IMG/VR virus record: IMGVR_UViG_3300025005_000009 | Coordinates: 1,515-65,514 of that record | Reading direction: 5' to 3' (one strand) | Length of the DNA: 64,000 bases | Source of the DNA: a virus | Taxonomy: Duplodnaviria; Caudoviricetes | Part shown: in pieces, positions 8,103 through 17,754 of the stretch | Position numbering within the stretch: the first letter of the stretch is position 1 | How the letters are laid out: each line of letters opens with the position of its first letter | The notes under the pieces: generated by a model | Databases searched by the model: none | Seen by the model: only the letters and a program-made list of their open reading frames with translations | Told to the model about the DNA's origin: nothing | Made by a program: the position numbers and the translations under genes

Positions 8103-8895
8103 CAGGTGTCAAGAGTTATTTTTAAATTATTTTTTCCTTGACCTTTAATAATGATAGCAAGAATCGTGCCTATGGTGCGCGCCTTCCTACTGCAGCGAAT
8201 TTGCAAAACAACCTTACTGTCTTCTACTTACGTATTTCATACTACATACTTCATACTACGTATTTCCCTATTACATATAACTACATACGCCATAATTTCA
8301 TAACGAGTCTTCGCTTGCAAGTCCTGTGCCTATCTTCCCATGCAAGACTTATGCCCGGTTCTAACCTACTGTCTTCTACTTACATAATCTTCCCTACGTA
8401 TTTACCCTATCTACTTAAGTAGTTTACTCTATGAGCGTTTCCGCTCTATGCAACAACTATACCATGTGGTAATTTCGTGTAACATGTAACAACGTGATGC
8501 AAGTACACAACAGTAGGTGCGGTATCGCTCAGTGTCGATTATCCTTACTGGCGTTTACTGGCATGAATAGTGCATTAGAATAACAACGTACACTAACTTA
8601 CATGATGAATATCATATAATATCATATATATCAATACATTATGACATAACGTATAATAATGGAGATCATTATTATGTAGTCGGATTATTATATAGGTGTT
8701 ATTATATAGTTTTGTATGGTAATATACACGAATACACAACATAATGTAGTAACGTGCATCAACGTACATTAACAGAGGGGAAGGGAGTGTTCAAAATTCC
8801 GACAGGTACCCCCTATCACCTATACCTGCCTCCTTGCCAAACTACCGAAAAATTAAAAGGTTTTTGTGTTTACAAGAAAGTACCTACGTGGATAC

Positions 8896-8924
8896 TTGAC
8901 TTTTCATTGTAGTAGACTTATCTT
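8896..8924 (+). promoter_or_regulatory. sigma70-type promoter for HNH gene
   Basis: TTGACT-17-TATCTT followed by TATAGG; similar copy TTGACT...TATCTATATAGG at 9652-9685. Confidence 0.55.
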
Positions 8925-8952
8925 TATAGGGTACAAAAATTAAGGAGGAAGT

Positions 8953-9405
8953 ATGGCAAGCGTATTGGAAAGATTTTTAAGAAAAGTTGTAAAAGGGGGT
9001 AATGAAGACGACTGTTGGGGTTGGACAGCATGCAAGAACGACTATGGACATGGGCTACTGTTTGCATGGGGAAGAACAGAAGGTGCCCACAGAGTATCGT
9101 ATAGGCTCTTTAACGGCCACATCCCTACTGGCGCATGTGTTAGGCACACCTGCGACAATGGGCCTTGCTCAAACCCAAAGCATTTGATATTGGGGACATC
9201 TCATCAAAATGTCCAAGACAGAGTAGAAAGAGGAAGATCAAAGGGCGCAACAAGGAAGTCCTCAGGAAATGTAGAGAAGATAACAAAAGAGCAAAAAAGA
9301 GTTATCTTTGAAGAGTTTAGACATGGTACATCGCTCTTCAGGTTAACAAAGAAATTCAACTTAACAGAGTGTGAGGTTATTGATATAGTTCACGAGACGG
9401 CGTAA
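8953..9405 (+). CDS. HNH endonuclease (HNH_3-like)
   Basis: CWGWTA...AHRVSYRLFNGHIP...VRHTCDNGPCSNPKHLILGT..N; AGGAGG SD. Confidence 0.9.
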   Translation: MASVLERFLRKVVKGGNEDDCWGWTACKNDYGHGLLFAWGRTEGAHRVSYRLFNGHIPTGACVRHTCDNGPCSNPKHLILGTSHQNVQDRVERGRSKGATRKSSGNVEKITKEQKRVIFEEFRHGTSLFRLTKKFNLTECEVIDIVHETA

Positions 9406-9792
9406 GTAACAACCTCAGGTTGTCAAATCAGGATAAATTTAAACCAGGCATCATAAGCTAAAAACGACTGAGCCGATTAAGCTAATTATTCGGCTCACCC
9501 CCTACTGATCTTACTGACTCCTGCGGAGTTTGGGTGATGTCTTAGCTATTTAGACGTATATTTCACCATAACTATGCGTTATAACGTATAAAACGACAGT
9601 ATGCGGCAAACCGTATAACTACGTAGTAGAGAAAATAATTCACTAAGGGTATTGACTTAGGAAAAATCATCACTATCTATATAGGTACGGACAAATTTGC
9701 CCGGAGATGAATATATTGTACACGATACATTCTTGGACAAAAAAGTATCGTTTACGATAACAGAAAATTGCACAGTAACTTTCGAAATGTTA

Positions 9793-9821
9793 TTGACAAC
9801 GTCCGAACATTGTGGTATACT
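9793..9821 (+). promoter_or_regulatory. sigma70-type promoter of terminase/structural operon
   Basis: TTGACA-17-TATACT with TGn extended -10. Confidence 0.8.
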
Positions 9822-9828
9822 TTATGCA

Positions 9829-9940
9829 TGCGTTGTGAACCTCAGCATTTCTGGATGAAGGAATAGGGGTAAACATTGTGATACACCAGCCGAGTTTGGT
9901 TCCATCTACAGTCTCTGTAGATGGTGAGCTTCGCAACGCA
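9829..9940 (+). ncRNA. candidate structured leader / small RNA
   Basis: 11-bp closing stem TGCGTTGTGAA/TTCGCAACGCA starting at predicted TSS; internal perfect hairpin CCATCTACAG-TCT-CTGTAGATGG. Confidence 0.4.
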
Positions 9941-9974
9941 CCATATCTGAAAAGAATAACGTGAGGGGAACATT

Positions 9975-10655
9975 GTGGGAAAACGTGGGCCAGATCTACA
10001 GCCGCGAAAAAAGAGAACAGACATCACGTCAAAGAAGGAGTCGCTCACCGACAAGAACGCCTTGATGAAGGTGCTCCTTGACCTTCCGTCGAAACGATCA
10101 CCGGAAGAAGAACAATTAGAGGAAGAGTTAGACGATCTATACAACGTCAGGCTTGAGACAGAAGAGATGACAGATACGACCCTGACGAAGAGGGATCGGG
10201 ATATGATACTCCGCATGGCGTCCTACCAACTGACGGCACGAGAAATTCAATCCATCCTGCAAATCCCGCAGGCGAAGTGGGATAACAGTTTACTGATACA
10301 AGATGCGTTTCAAAGGGGACAGGAAATCGGAAAAGCGACACTGAGACGATTACAATGGGCTACCGCTCAACGGAATCCTATTATGCAGATCTTCCTGGGC
10401 AAACAGTATTTAGGACAGGCGGATCGTCACGAAGTGACAAAACCTGTGGGGGAACCGGTTGATGACCGACAAGGATTCGCGGATAAACTCAAGAACATTA
10501 TTGACGTTACGCCAACGAGAGACGTTCCTGGAATCCCTGACACCGGGGGAGAGGGAAGTCGCCAGATATTGCTGGCACCTGTGGGCGAGGGACAGTCAGA
10601 TAGCCCCGACGAGGGAGGAATGGCTCAATCTCGAGACGACAATCAAACTAATTAG
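9975..10655 (+). CDS. terS: terminase small subunit
   Basis: Position before TerL; MGKRGP start; 'NPIMQIFLGKQYLGQAD' motif typical of TerS-like proteins. Confidence 0.75.
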   Translation: MGKRGPDLQPRKKRTDITSKKESLTDKNALMKVLLDLPSKRSPEEEQLEEELDDLYNVRLETEEMTDTTLTKRDRDMILRMASYQLTAREIQSILQIPQAKWDNSLLIQDAFQRGQEIGKATLRRLQWATAQRNPIMQIFLGKQYLGQADRHEVTKPVGEPVDDRQGFADKLKNIIDVTPTRDVPGIPDTGGEGSRQILLAPVGEGQSDSPDEGGMAQSRDDNQTN

Positions 10656-11853
10656 AGAATGGCACGAAGACCCACTGCATAAAGGCCAACGGTTCGAAGA
10701 ATCGTGGAGAACATGGCTGTTTATGGCTGGTCGAGGATCTGGAAAGACTCGCTCAGGCGCGGAGTGGTGCAGAGAACAAGTGGAAGAACACGGTATCTCG
10801 AGAATCGCTCTGGTCGCACCGACCGCAGCGGACATTCGCGATACGATGGTCGAAGGAGAATCAGGAATTCTGGCTTGTAGCCCATCATGGAACATGCCGG
10901 TCTATCTCAGTTCGAAACGAAAAGTGGAATGGCCGAATGGAGCCACCGCCATGATGTACTCAGCAGAGGAAGCGGATCGTCTCCGTGGACCTCAGCACGA
11001 GAAAGCTTGGTGCGATGAGTTGACCTCGTGGGCAGATCCCGGAACATGGGACATGCTTCTGTTCGGATTACGATTAGGCAAGAATCCGCAATCGATGGTC
11101 ACGACGACGTCGAAAATCGGGCATCGCCTCCTGAAGAACATTCTGCAAGATCCCTGGACCGTTCGCACGAAAGGGCACACGTTTGACAATGCCGCAAACC
11201 TCTCCTCACAATTTATCGAACATATCCGTAAAAAATATGAAGGTACGAGACTCGGACGGCAAGAGCTTGAGGGAGAGTACTTGGATGAAGGCACAGGCGT
11301 TCTCTGGTCTGATGAGATGTTCATCCGAACGGACGCGAAAGACCTCGATATGGACAAGATTGTCCGTGTGGTGGTCGCAATTGACCCAAGTATTACCACT
11401 GGAGCCGAAGGAGCCGAAACTGGGCTTGTGGTTGTCGGAAGAGATGACGACATGCATGGGTATGTCCTCGCAGATCACAGTGGACACTACTCACCGAACG
11501 GGTGGGCAGAAAAAGCCATTGACCTCTATAAAGCATACAACGCGAATAAGATCGTGGCAGAGGTGAACAACGGGGGAGACATGGTGCTCAACACCATTCG
11601 CAATATTGATCCTGGAGTTGCCTGCAAGAAAGTCGTGGCGACACGAGGCAAACGCATTCGTGCCGAGCCGATCAGCATGCTCTACGAACAAGCCAGAGTC
11701 ACACATGTTGGGAACCTGAAGAAACTGGAAACCCAACAAATCGACTTCAACCCTGAAGAAGCGAACAACCTGATGGACAGGGTCGATGCGCTTGTGTGGG
11801 GTCTGACAGAATTGATTATTAACTCATCAGAGGTCAGGATACGATCCATATGA
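10459..11853 (+). CDS. terL: terminase large subunit
   Basis: Walker A AGRGSGKTR, Walker B WCDE, LGRQELEG, nuclease VVAIDP, C-terminal DRVDALVW. Confidence 0.95.
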   Translation: MMTDKDSRINSRTLLTLRQRETFLESLTPGEREVARYCWHLWARDSQIAPTREEWLNLETTIKLIREWHEDPLHKGQRFEESWRTWLFMAGRGSGKTRSGAEWCREQVEEHGISRIALVAPTAADIRDTMVEGESGILACSPSWNMPVYLSSKRKVEWPNGATAMMYSAEEADRLRGPQHEKAWCDELTSWADPGTWDMLLFGLRLGKNPQSMVTTTSKIGHRLLKNILQDPWTVRTKGHTFDNAANLSSQFIEHIRKKYEGTRLGRQELEGEYLDEGTGVLWSDEMFIRTDAKDLDMDKIVRVVVAIDPSITTGAEGAETGLVVVGRDDDMHGYVLADHSGHYSPNGWAEKAIDLYKAYNANKIVAEVNNGGDMVLNTIRNIDPGVACKKVVATRGKRIRAEPISMLYEQARVTHVGNLKKLETQQIDFNPEEANNLMDRVDALVWGLTELIINSSEVRIRSI

Positions 11854-13592
11854 ACATCCTTAGAACAGGATTGCAGAATGCCCTGACGGTATTCAAAAAG
11901 ATCCCGACAGTCTTCCGCATGTCCGATAATGAATTTGCAACCGGTGGCGGACGTGTCGCACGAATTTTTGGTGGCGCAGCCGGGAATGTGGAAGATTACT
12001 CAGAAGTCTACTCCACGCATGTATGGGTGTTCGCAGCGGTCAACGCCATCTCGCGAAACATCTCAGGTGTGCCGTTCGTGTTTCAGACAGCGAAAGGAAC
12101 CGCGAAAGATAGCCATACGTTCACGGACCTGTTCGAACGACCGAATCGATGGCAAGGGTTCGGACAATTCATGGAATCATTGATTTCCTGGTGGCACATG
12201 AACGGGGAAGTGATGATCGTCATGCGCCGGAACAGTTCCAGCGAAGTGCCGAAGGAAATGGCTGCAGTGGACAGCTCACAGTTTACGCCGATCCTGAGTG
12301 AAAGCACCGGAAGACTCCTGGGATGGAAAGTCGAGAACGAAACTGGTATGCCGACGATCTACCAGCTCCATGAGTGCATCAAGATTAAATTTTGGAATCC
12401 GAATGATGAGTGGTTGGGCCTGAGTCCCATATCTGCCGCATCGCAAGGGATTAAGCAAGATTTCGTGGCCAACACGTACAACACCGAATTTTTCAGAAAT
12501 TCAGGATCTCCGAGCGGAGTGATTGAAATCGAACAGAACTTGACCGACACAGAATTCGAACGTCTGGTCAGACAATACGAAGATCGACACGGTGGAGCGC
12601 AAAACGCTCACAAGATGTTGATCCTGGAAGGTGGGGCACAATTTAAACCTACCGTCTTCACGCAGAAGGATATGGAGTTCCTCGAACAAAAGAAATGGAA
12701 CAGAGACGAAGTCCTCGCTGCCTACGGGATTCCAAAATTAGAAGTTGGAATTATCGAAGAAGGGGCGAACCTCGCAGTTATTAAAGTGCAGTCCAGAGAA
12801 TTCTGGCTCAAGAATCTCATCCCGAAGATGAAGATGATTGAGTGGGCACTCTGGTCACAGTTGTTCTCGCAGATCAATGGCGGTCGAGTGTGGGCAGAAT
12901 TCGATACGAGTTCTATTGCCGCACTGCAAGATGAATTTCACGAGAAGGTCAAGACTGCAAGATCCTTGCTTGAATTAGGGTATCCGGCGAACCAGATCAA
13001 TAAGCGACTGGATCTTGGGATGCCAACAAATCCCTGGCAAGATGCCGCGTTTATGCAAGTGAACATGTCAAGCATCAGTGTGGATGAGGATGGAACAGTC
13101 ATTCCGATCAACATGCTGACCCCGGTGCAAGATCCATTCAATAAACCCGCAACTGGAAAGGTGAGGGAAGAATCACCAGGTGCAGCCGTGAAACCGGCTC
13201 CAGCTCCAAAACCGGTTACTGTCGCTACTGACACGACCTCGAAAGATTTGGAACTGCTTGAAACCAAGTTGAGTGCGTTTCTCTTCCGGCAACGCGTGAG
13301 ACAACTCAAAGCCCTTGAGAAAAATGGCACAGCTGTCTTGGACAATCTCACAGAGCAAATCAAGTTAAAGAACTATCTCAGTGAGCGAGGGGTTCAGGTC
13401 AATGCCTCGGACCTCCAGAATCTCCTGTACAACGAAGTCACGAGGATTGCGGTTGTCCATCGAGGTCAGAAAGATCTGATTATCAACGAAACGAAAAAGT
13501 TGTATAACAAGGTCGGCAAGGCCCTGCCTGAATTGGTGAAAGCGTTACACAAACGTCACATTTCTAAAGAACATGAGGATATGAATGCCTAA
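11850..13592 (+). CDS. portal protein (HK97 family) with C-terminal extension
   Basis: VWVFAAVNAISRNIS, NPNDEWLGLSPI, FFRNSGSPSGVI, ILEGGAQF, AAYGIP motifs. Confidence 0.92.
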   Translation: MNILRTGLQNALTVFKKIPTVFRMSDNEFATGGGRVARIFGGAAGNVEDYSEVYSTHVWVFAAVNAISRNISGVPFVFQTAKGTAKDSHTFTDLFERPNRWQGFGQFMESLISWWHMNGEVMIVMRRNSSSEVPKEMAAVDSSQFTPILSESTGRLLGWKVENETGMPTIYQLHECIKIKFWNPNDEWLGLSPISAASQGIKQDFVANTYNTEFFRNSGSPSGVIEIEQNLTDTEFERLVRQYEDRHGGAQNAHKMLILEGGAQFKPTVFTQKDMEFLEQKKWNRDEVLAAYGIPKLEVGIIEEGANLAVIKVQSREFWLKNLIPKMKMIEWALWSQLFSQINGGRVWAEFDTSSIAALQDEFHEKVKTARSLLELGYPANQINKRLDLGMPTNPWQDAAFMQVNMSSISVDEDGTVIPINMLTPVQDPFNKPATGKVREESPGAAVKPAPAPKPVTVATDTTSKDLELLETKLSAFLFRQRVRQLKALEKNGTAVLDNLTEQIKLKNYLSERGVQVNASDLQNLLYNEVTRIAVVHRGQKDLIINETKKLYNKVGKALPELVKALHKRHISKEHEDMNA

Positions 13593-14523
13593 CCTTTTTA
13601 ACCAACCTGTACAATCCGTGTTCACGGCGACCATGAAGAAAATGGGAGACGAGTCCAGGATTATCCGTTTTACTGGAACCCTGTCGTCTACTGACAGAAT
13701 GGGTGATGTGATTGAGACCGCTGGATGGGATCTCAAGAATTTCGTCAAGAACCCGGTATTCCTGTGGGATCACAACCCCAGTATGCCTCCCATCGGAAAA
13801 GTGTTGAAAGTCGAACATACCTCGACTGCGCTCGTTTTCGACGTCGAATTTGCGAGAGCGGACATTAATCCGTTCGCCGATACGATTTTTAAATCCTACG
13901 AACAAGGGTTCCTCTCCGCAGTCTCTGTGGGGTTTATCCCGAAGAAAGTCGAACTCATTAAGTCGGCTGAAGGGGAAATGACTGGATTCCGGGTTTCGGA
14001 ACAAGAGCTACTCGAATTGAGTGCCGTCTCCATTCCCGCACACCAAGACGCCCTGGCCGCAAGTCTCTTCAAGAAATCTCTTGATGAAGAGATGAGGAAA
14101 GTCCTGATGCAGAAAGTGTCAGCAAAAGAACAAACTGCGATGGTAGGACTAGACCAGTATTTCGAAACCTTAGAGAAAGACCTAGATTTAACGACTGTGG
14201 TAAATGAAGAGGATGACCCTATCATGAAAGAACAATTGGAAGCCTTGCAAAAGCAAGTTGATGCATTGACAGCAGAAGTGAAAACACTCATTTCCCTTCG
14301 GGAGACTGTGGAACTCTCAAGGGGAGTGGTTGATACGCTCAACAAATCCATTGTGGCGATGTTGAGCAAAACAGATTCGAACCCTGATCTCAAGTCAATC
14401 GTTGATGGTCTTGGCGATAAGCCGAAAGACGGTCCTGATATGACTCCTGTGAACAAGGCCATCGAAGCACTCATGGGCAAATTAAATGGAACGACAGTAT
14501 TCACACCTAAAGGAGATAAGTAA
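13585..14523 (+). CDS. prohead protease (HK97/S78 family)
   Basis: DRMGDVI, KNPVFLWDHN, AVSVGF, LLELSAVSIPA. Confidence 0.92.
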   Translation: MPNLFNQPVQSVFTATMKKMGDESRIIRFTGTLSSTDRMGDVIETAGWDLKNFVKNPVFLWDHNPSMPPIGKVLKVEHTSTALVFDVEFARADINPFADTIFKSYEQGFLSAVSVGFIPKKVELIKSAEGEMTGFRVSEQELLELSAVSIPAHQDALAASLFKKSLDEEMRKVLMQKVSAKEQTAMVGLDQYFETLEKDLDLTTVVNEEDDPIMKEQLEALQKQVDALTAEVKTLISLRETVELSRGVVDTLNKSIVAMLSKTDSNPDLKSIVDGLGDKPKDGPDMTPVNKAIEALMGKLNGTTVFTPKGDK

Positions 14524-14524
14524 G

Positions 14525-15790
14525 ATGGACGAGAAAGTACTAGCTAAATTGGCTGAGATTTCTGAAGCAATTGAAAAGAAACTCGCCGAAGGCGAAAAAG
14601 TGTTCAAAGATGCCGACGGTCGAGTGAAGACCTTGGAAGATCAATTGGCTGAAGTGAAAGCCAAGTATAAAGAACTCGATGAGTCGATTACCGCGAACAA
14701 ATGGCGGAACGTGCCTGGTGTCAACGACGGGAAAGACAAAGACAAGTTCAGCCTCTGCAAGACGATCAACGCGATTGCGACGAAGTCTTGGAAAGATGCC
14801 GGATACGAGAAAGAAGTCATTGACGCGGCCATGAAGCAGAAAGATATGTCCGCTGGCGTGGATACAGCCGGTGGGTATTTGATTCCTGCTCAAGCGATCC
14901 AATCCGTGATTGAATTGCTCCGGGCCGACCTGGTACTCGAAGCCCTCGGCGCAACGATGCTGATGGATCTCCGTGGCATTCCTGTCGAAATTCCGAAACA
15001 CACTGGCGGATCCAGCACCTTTTGGGTGGATGAGAACGCCACAATCGATTCCAGTGACTTGACGCTCGGTCAAGTGTCCTTGAATCCCAAAGGTCTCGGT
15101 TCCATCGTGAAGTTGAGCAACCGACTCCTGAAACTCTCCGTGCCCTCCGCGGAAGCTCTGATTCGTCAGGACATGGCCCGTTCGATGGCAGAAGCCCTCG
15201 ATCTAGCCGGTCTCCGTGGAACAGGCGTGGCTGGTCAACCGCTCGGGATTGCCAATCAAGTTGGGATCTCCACAGTGGACTTCGCCGCGACAACTGCCGC
15301 AGCCGGGTACCTGACTAATCCAGGTTGGGAACAAATCTACGACATGGAAGGGAAGTTGGCTGATGCCAATGCCTTACGTGGCAAGGTTGGATTTGCCTTC
15401 CATCCGAACTTCAAACGGAATCTCTCCAAGGTTCGTGTCGCGGCTCATACCGCTGATGTGAACGATGGGAATTTCGTGTTACATCCGGTGACTGATGCTC
15501 AGCTTACCGCCCTGTTGGGCTATTCCTTCAAGACGACCACACAGATTCCTGTGACATTGGGCGGGTCCAGTAATAAGACAGAAGTGTACATGGGCAACTG
15601 GGCCGATATGATCATTGCTCAATGGGCTGGGATGACCCTGCTGGCTTCACAGGAAGCTGGAACGGCCTTCGCCACCAACCAAACATGGGTGCGGATGATC
15701 ACGGATGTTGATATCGCTGTTCGCCATCCTGAAAGCTTCGTGCTTGGGACAAATGTGGCCACAGTGATTGAAGCGAACCCTGCCAGCTAA
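14525..15790 (+). CDS. major capsid protein (HK97 fold)
   Basis: Coiled-coil delta domain, AGGYLIP, ALDLAGLRGTG, GNW; start reassigned to ATG 14525 after AAGGAG. Confidence 0.93.
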   Translation: MDEKVLAKLAEISEAIEKKLAEGEKVFKDADGRVKTLEDQLAEVKAKYKELDESITANKWRNVPGVNDGKDKDKFSLCKTINAIATKSWKDAGYEKEVIDAAMKQKDMSAGVDTAGGYLIPAQAIQSVIELLRADLVLEALGATMLMDLRGIPVEIPKHTGGSSTFWVDENATIDSSDLTLGQVSLNPKGLGSIVKLSNRLLKLSVPSAEALIRQDMARSMAEALDLAGLRGTGVAGQPLGIANQVGISTVDFAATTAAAGYLTNPGWEQIYDMEGKLADANALRGKVGFAFHPNFKRNLSKVRVAAHTADVNDGNFVLHPVTDAQLTALLGYSFKTTTQIPVTLGGSSNKTEVYMGNWADMIIAQWAGMTLLASQEAGTAFATNQTWVRMITDVDIAVRHPESFVLGTNVATVIEANPAS

Positions 15791-15816
15791 TAGTAGCTGA
15801 CATCACAAATATACTT

Positions 15817-15852
15817 GTGTACGACCAAAACGAAAATTTTTTGGTCGTACAC
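15817..15852 (+). terminator. 14-bp hairpin after capsid gene (terminator or mRNA-stabilising)
   Basis: GTGTACGACCAAAA/TTTTGGTCGTACAC; no clear U-tract. Confidence 0.5.
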
Positions 15853-15887
15853 TATTACACGAAAACAACTCTTAAGGAGATTTCTTA

Positions 15888-16322
15888 ATGGCTAAGTATG
15901 ACGATATTCAAAACCTGTACAAAGTGACAGCGCTTGCCGGGGACGCCATTTCAGCTGGAAAATCCAGCCCTGGCGTGGACTGCAAAGCCTACGAGCAGGC
16001 GATGGTCATTCTCAAAACTGGGACATTGGCCCTGAATAACGTGACCACATTGACCCTTCAACATTCTGATGATAATGGCGGTGCCGATGCCTACGCCAAC
16101 ATCACAGGGGCTTCTATTGTTCTTGCTGACTCAGATGATGACGCGATCTTCTACGGGAAACTTCGACTGAATGTGGCCGCCATCAAACGCTGGGTGCGGA
16201 TCCACGTGGTCTCAGCGACGGCTGCGGGCGAATATGGAGCGGTCTTGCTTGTCGGGAACAAATCCGGTGAATACCCGGTTGACGTGAAGACGTTATCCTT
16301 TAACGTTCTGAACGTGGCGTAA
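15888..16322 (+). CDS. putative capsid decoration/cement protein
   Basis: Directly follows MCP; beta-rich, 'LQHSDDN', 'YPV' near C-terminus. Confidence 0.55.
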   Translation: MAKYDDIQNLYKVTALAGDAISAGKSSPGVDCKAYEQAMVILKTGTLALNNVTTLTLQHSDDNGGADAYANITGASIVLADSDDDAIFYGKLRLNVAAIKRWVRIHVVSATAAGEYGAVLLVGNKSGEYPVDVKTLSFNVLNVA

Positions 16323-16386
16323 GTAATAGTGTGGGTATGGGCCTCTCAATTGTGGGAGGCCCTCTACAATTTACTGCAGGTGACAT

Positions 16387-16707
16387 ATGGCTGTTCAACC
16401 ACCTTTTACCGCCACCATCACGGGTGAAGGTATTCACGAAATTAGACCTGATATTTCTCATACAGACTTTGAATATCAGATTGTCTCTATGAACGTCACG
16501 AATAAAGATAAGCCAGTTCGACTCTCCCTGTTAGAAGGAACTCAGCGTCGATGGTCAGGCGATCTTCCAAGGAACTCATCAATCGAGATTGATTTTGGAC
16601 CTCTGGCGTGGCGGTTAAAAGGAGGGGTTGCGTTGAATGCTGAAATAGAAGGTAAAAAAGCTATTACCACTATCAACCTACTTAACTATTCGACAATACG
16701 GTCATAA
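16387..16707 (+). CDS. hypothetical virion-region protein
   Basis: 106-aa ORF in structural operon. Confidence 0.55.
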   Translation: MAVQPPFTATITGEGIHEIRPDISHTDFEYQIVSMNVTNKDKPVRLSLLEGTQRRWSGDLPRNSSIEIDFGPLAWRLKGGVALNAEIEGKKAITTINLLNYSTIRS

Positions 16708-16723
16708 CAAATAAGGTAGCCAA

Positions 16724-17152
16724 ATGAACATATTTAAATTATCCCTACTGTCCTTACTGTTATCACTACTCTCACTCCCTGTTCTCGCGAATGCTCAACA
16801 AACCGTGGAGAATACGGTCTGCAACGAACGATCATCGCTTATGTGGGCAATGGGAACCGAAGACGACTTGGACATGTACAGAGTTTATATGTCGACCTCT
16901 CCGATAACAGAGAAACTCACAGAGAATATTTTCCACGAACTTAAGGTTGCTGATCTTGATGTGGTCATTGATTCAGAAGGCAATGCCTCCGTCACAGAGT
17001 CCTTACCGGCAATGCCTCATGAAGGTCCGTCCTATTTTCGACTAACTGCAATCGACGTCTCTGGAAATGAGAGTGACATGAGCAACGAAATCGGCTGTAC
17101 CTTTGACATGATTCCAAATGCCCCGGTGATTCAGCTCCACTTATCGAAGTAA
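16724..17152 (+). CDS. exported fibronectin type III-like protein
   Basis: Signal peptide (LLSLLLSLLSLPVLANA); 'DLDMYRVY' and 'YFRLTAIDVSGNESDMSNEI' FN3 signatures. Confidence 0.6.
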   Translation: MNIFKLSLLSLLLSLLSLPVLANAQQTVENTVCNERSSLMWAMGTEDDLDMYRVYMSTSPITEKLTENIFHELKVADLDVVIDSEGNASVTESLPAMPHEGPSYFRLTAIDVSGNESDMSNEIGCTFDMIPNAPVIQLHLSK

Positions 17153-17163
17153 GGAACGACAGG

Positions 17164-17562
17164 ATGCGACTCTACGATATCGAATCAAAGTTCACCACGA
17201 CAGAGTTCGCATGCCCATGCGGATGCGGATTTGGCACCAAGCCAGAAGACATTGACCGGAGATTGGTTGACAGGCTAAACATCATGAGAATGCTTGTCGC
17301 CCGGCCATTGACGATTACCTCAGGAGCCAGATGTGCGGCATATAACGCATCGGTAGGGGGAAAACCGTTGTCTGCACATCTTCCTCATCATGATACGAGA
17401 CAATGTCGTGCAGCCGATATCCTTGTTAGAAGCAGCGAAGAGCGAACTGAAATGGTTCAACTCGCTTATGCGGTCGGGTTTACAAGACTAGGGTTCGGTC
17501 CAAATTTTTTACACGTCGACGTGGCCTGGGATCTTCCATCCCCTGTCGCGTTTATGTACTGA
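17164..17562 (+). CDS. endolysin, peptidase M15 family
   Basis: EFACPCGCG, ITSGARC..YN..VGG...SAHL, AADI, HVDV zinc ligands. Confidence 0.88.
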   Translation: MRLYDIESKFTTTEFACPCGCGFGTKPEDIDRRLVDRLNIMRMLVARPLTITSGARCAAYNASVGGKPLSAHLPHHDTRQCRAADILVRSSEERTEMVQLAYAVGFTRLGFGPNFLHVDVAWDLPSPVAFMY

Positions 17563-17571
17563 GGGGGAAAT

Positions 17572-17754
17572 ATGGTTCCTGTATGGGCGATTCCAATTAT
17601 CGTGCAGATCGGTTCTAAGCTCATCGATCTCGCTTTTAAGAAGATCGAAAAAATTGATTGTCCCGAGAAACAAGCGAAGGTCATGGATAAGATTGAAAAG
17701 AATGATAAGAAAGCGCAATTGAAAAAAGAGGAGGCCGATCACGATGGGTACTAA
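17572..17754 (+). CDS. small membrane protein (holin or spanin candidate)
   Basis: Hydrophobic N-terminus, charged C-terminus, follows endolysin. Confidence 0.45.
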   Translation: MVPVWAIPIIVQIGSKLIDLAFKKIEKIDCPEKQAKVMDKIEKNDKKAQLKKEEADHDGY

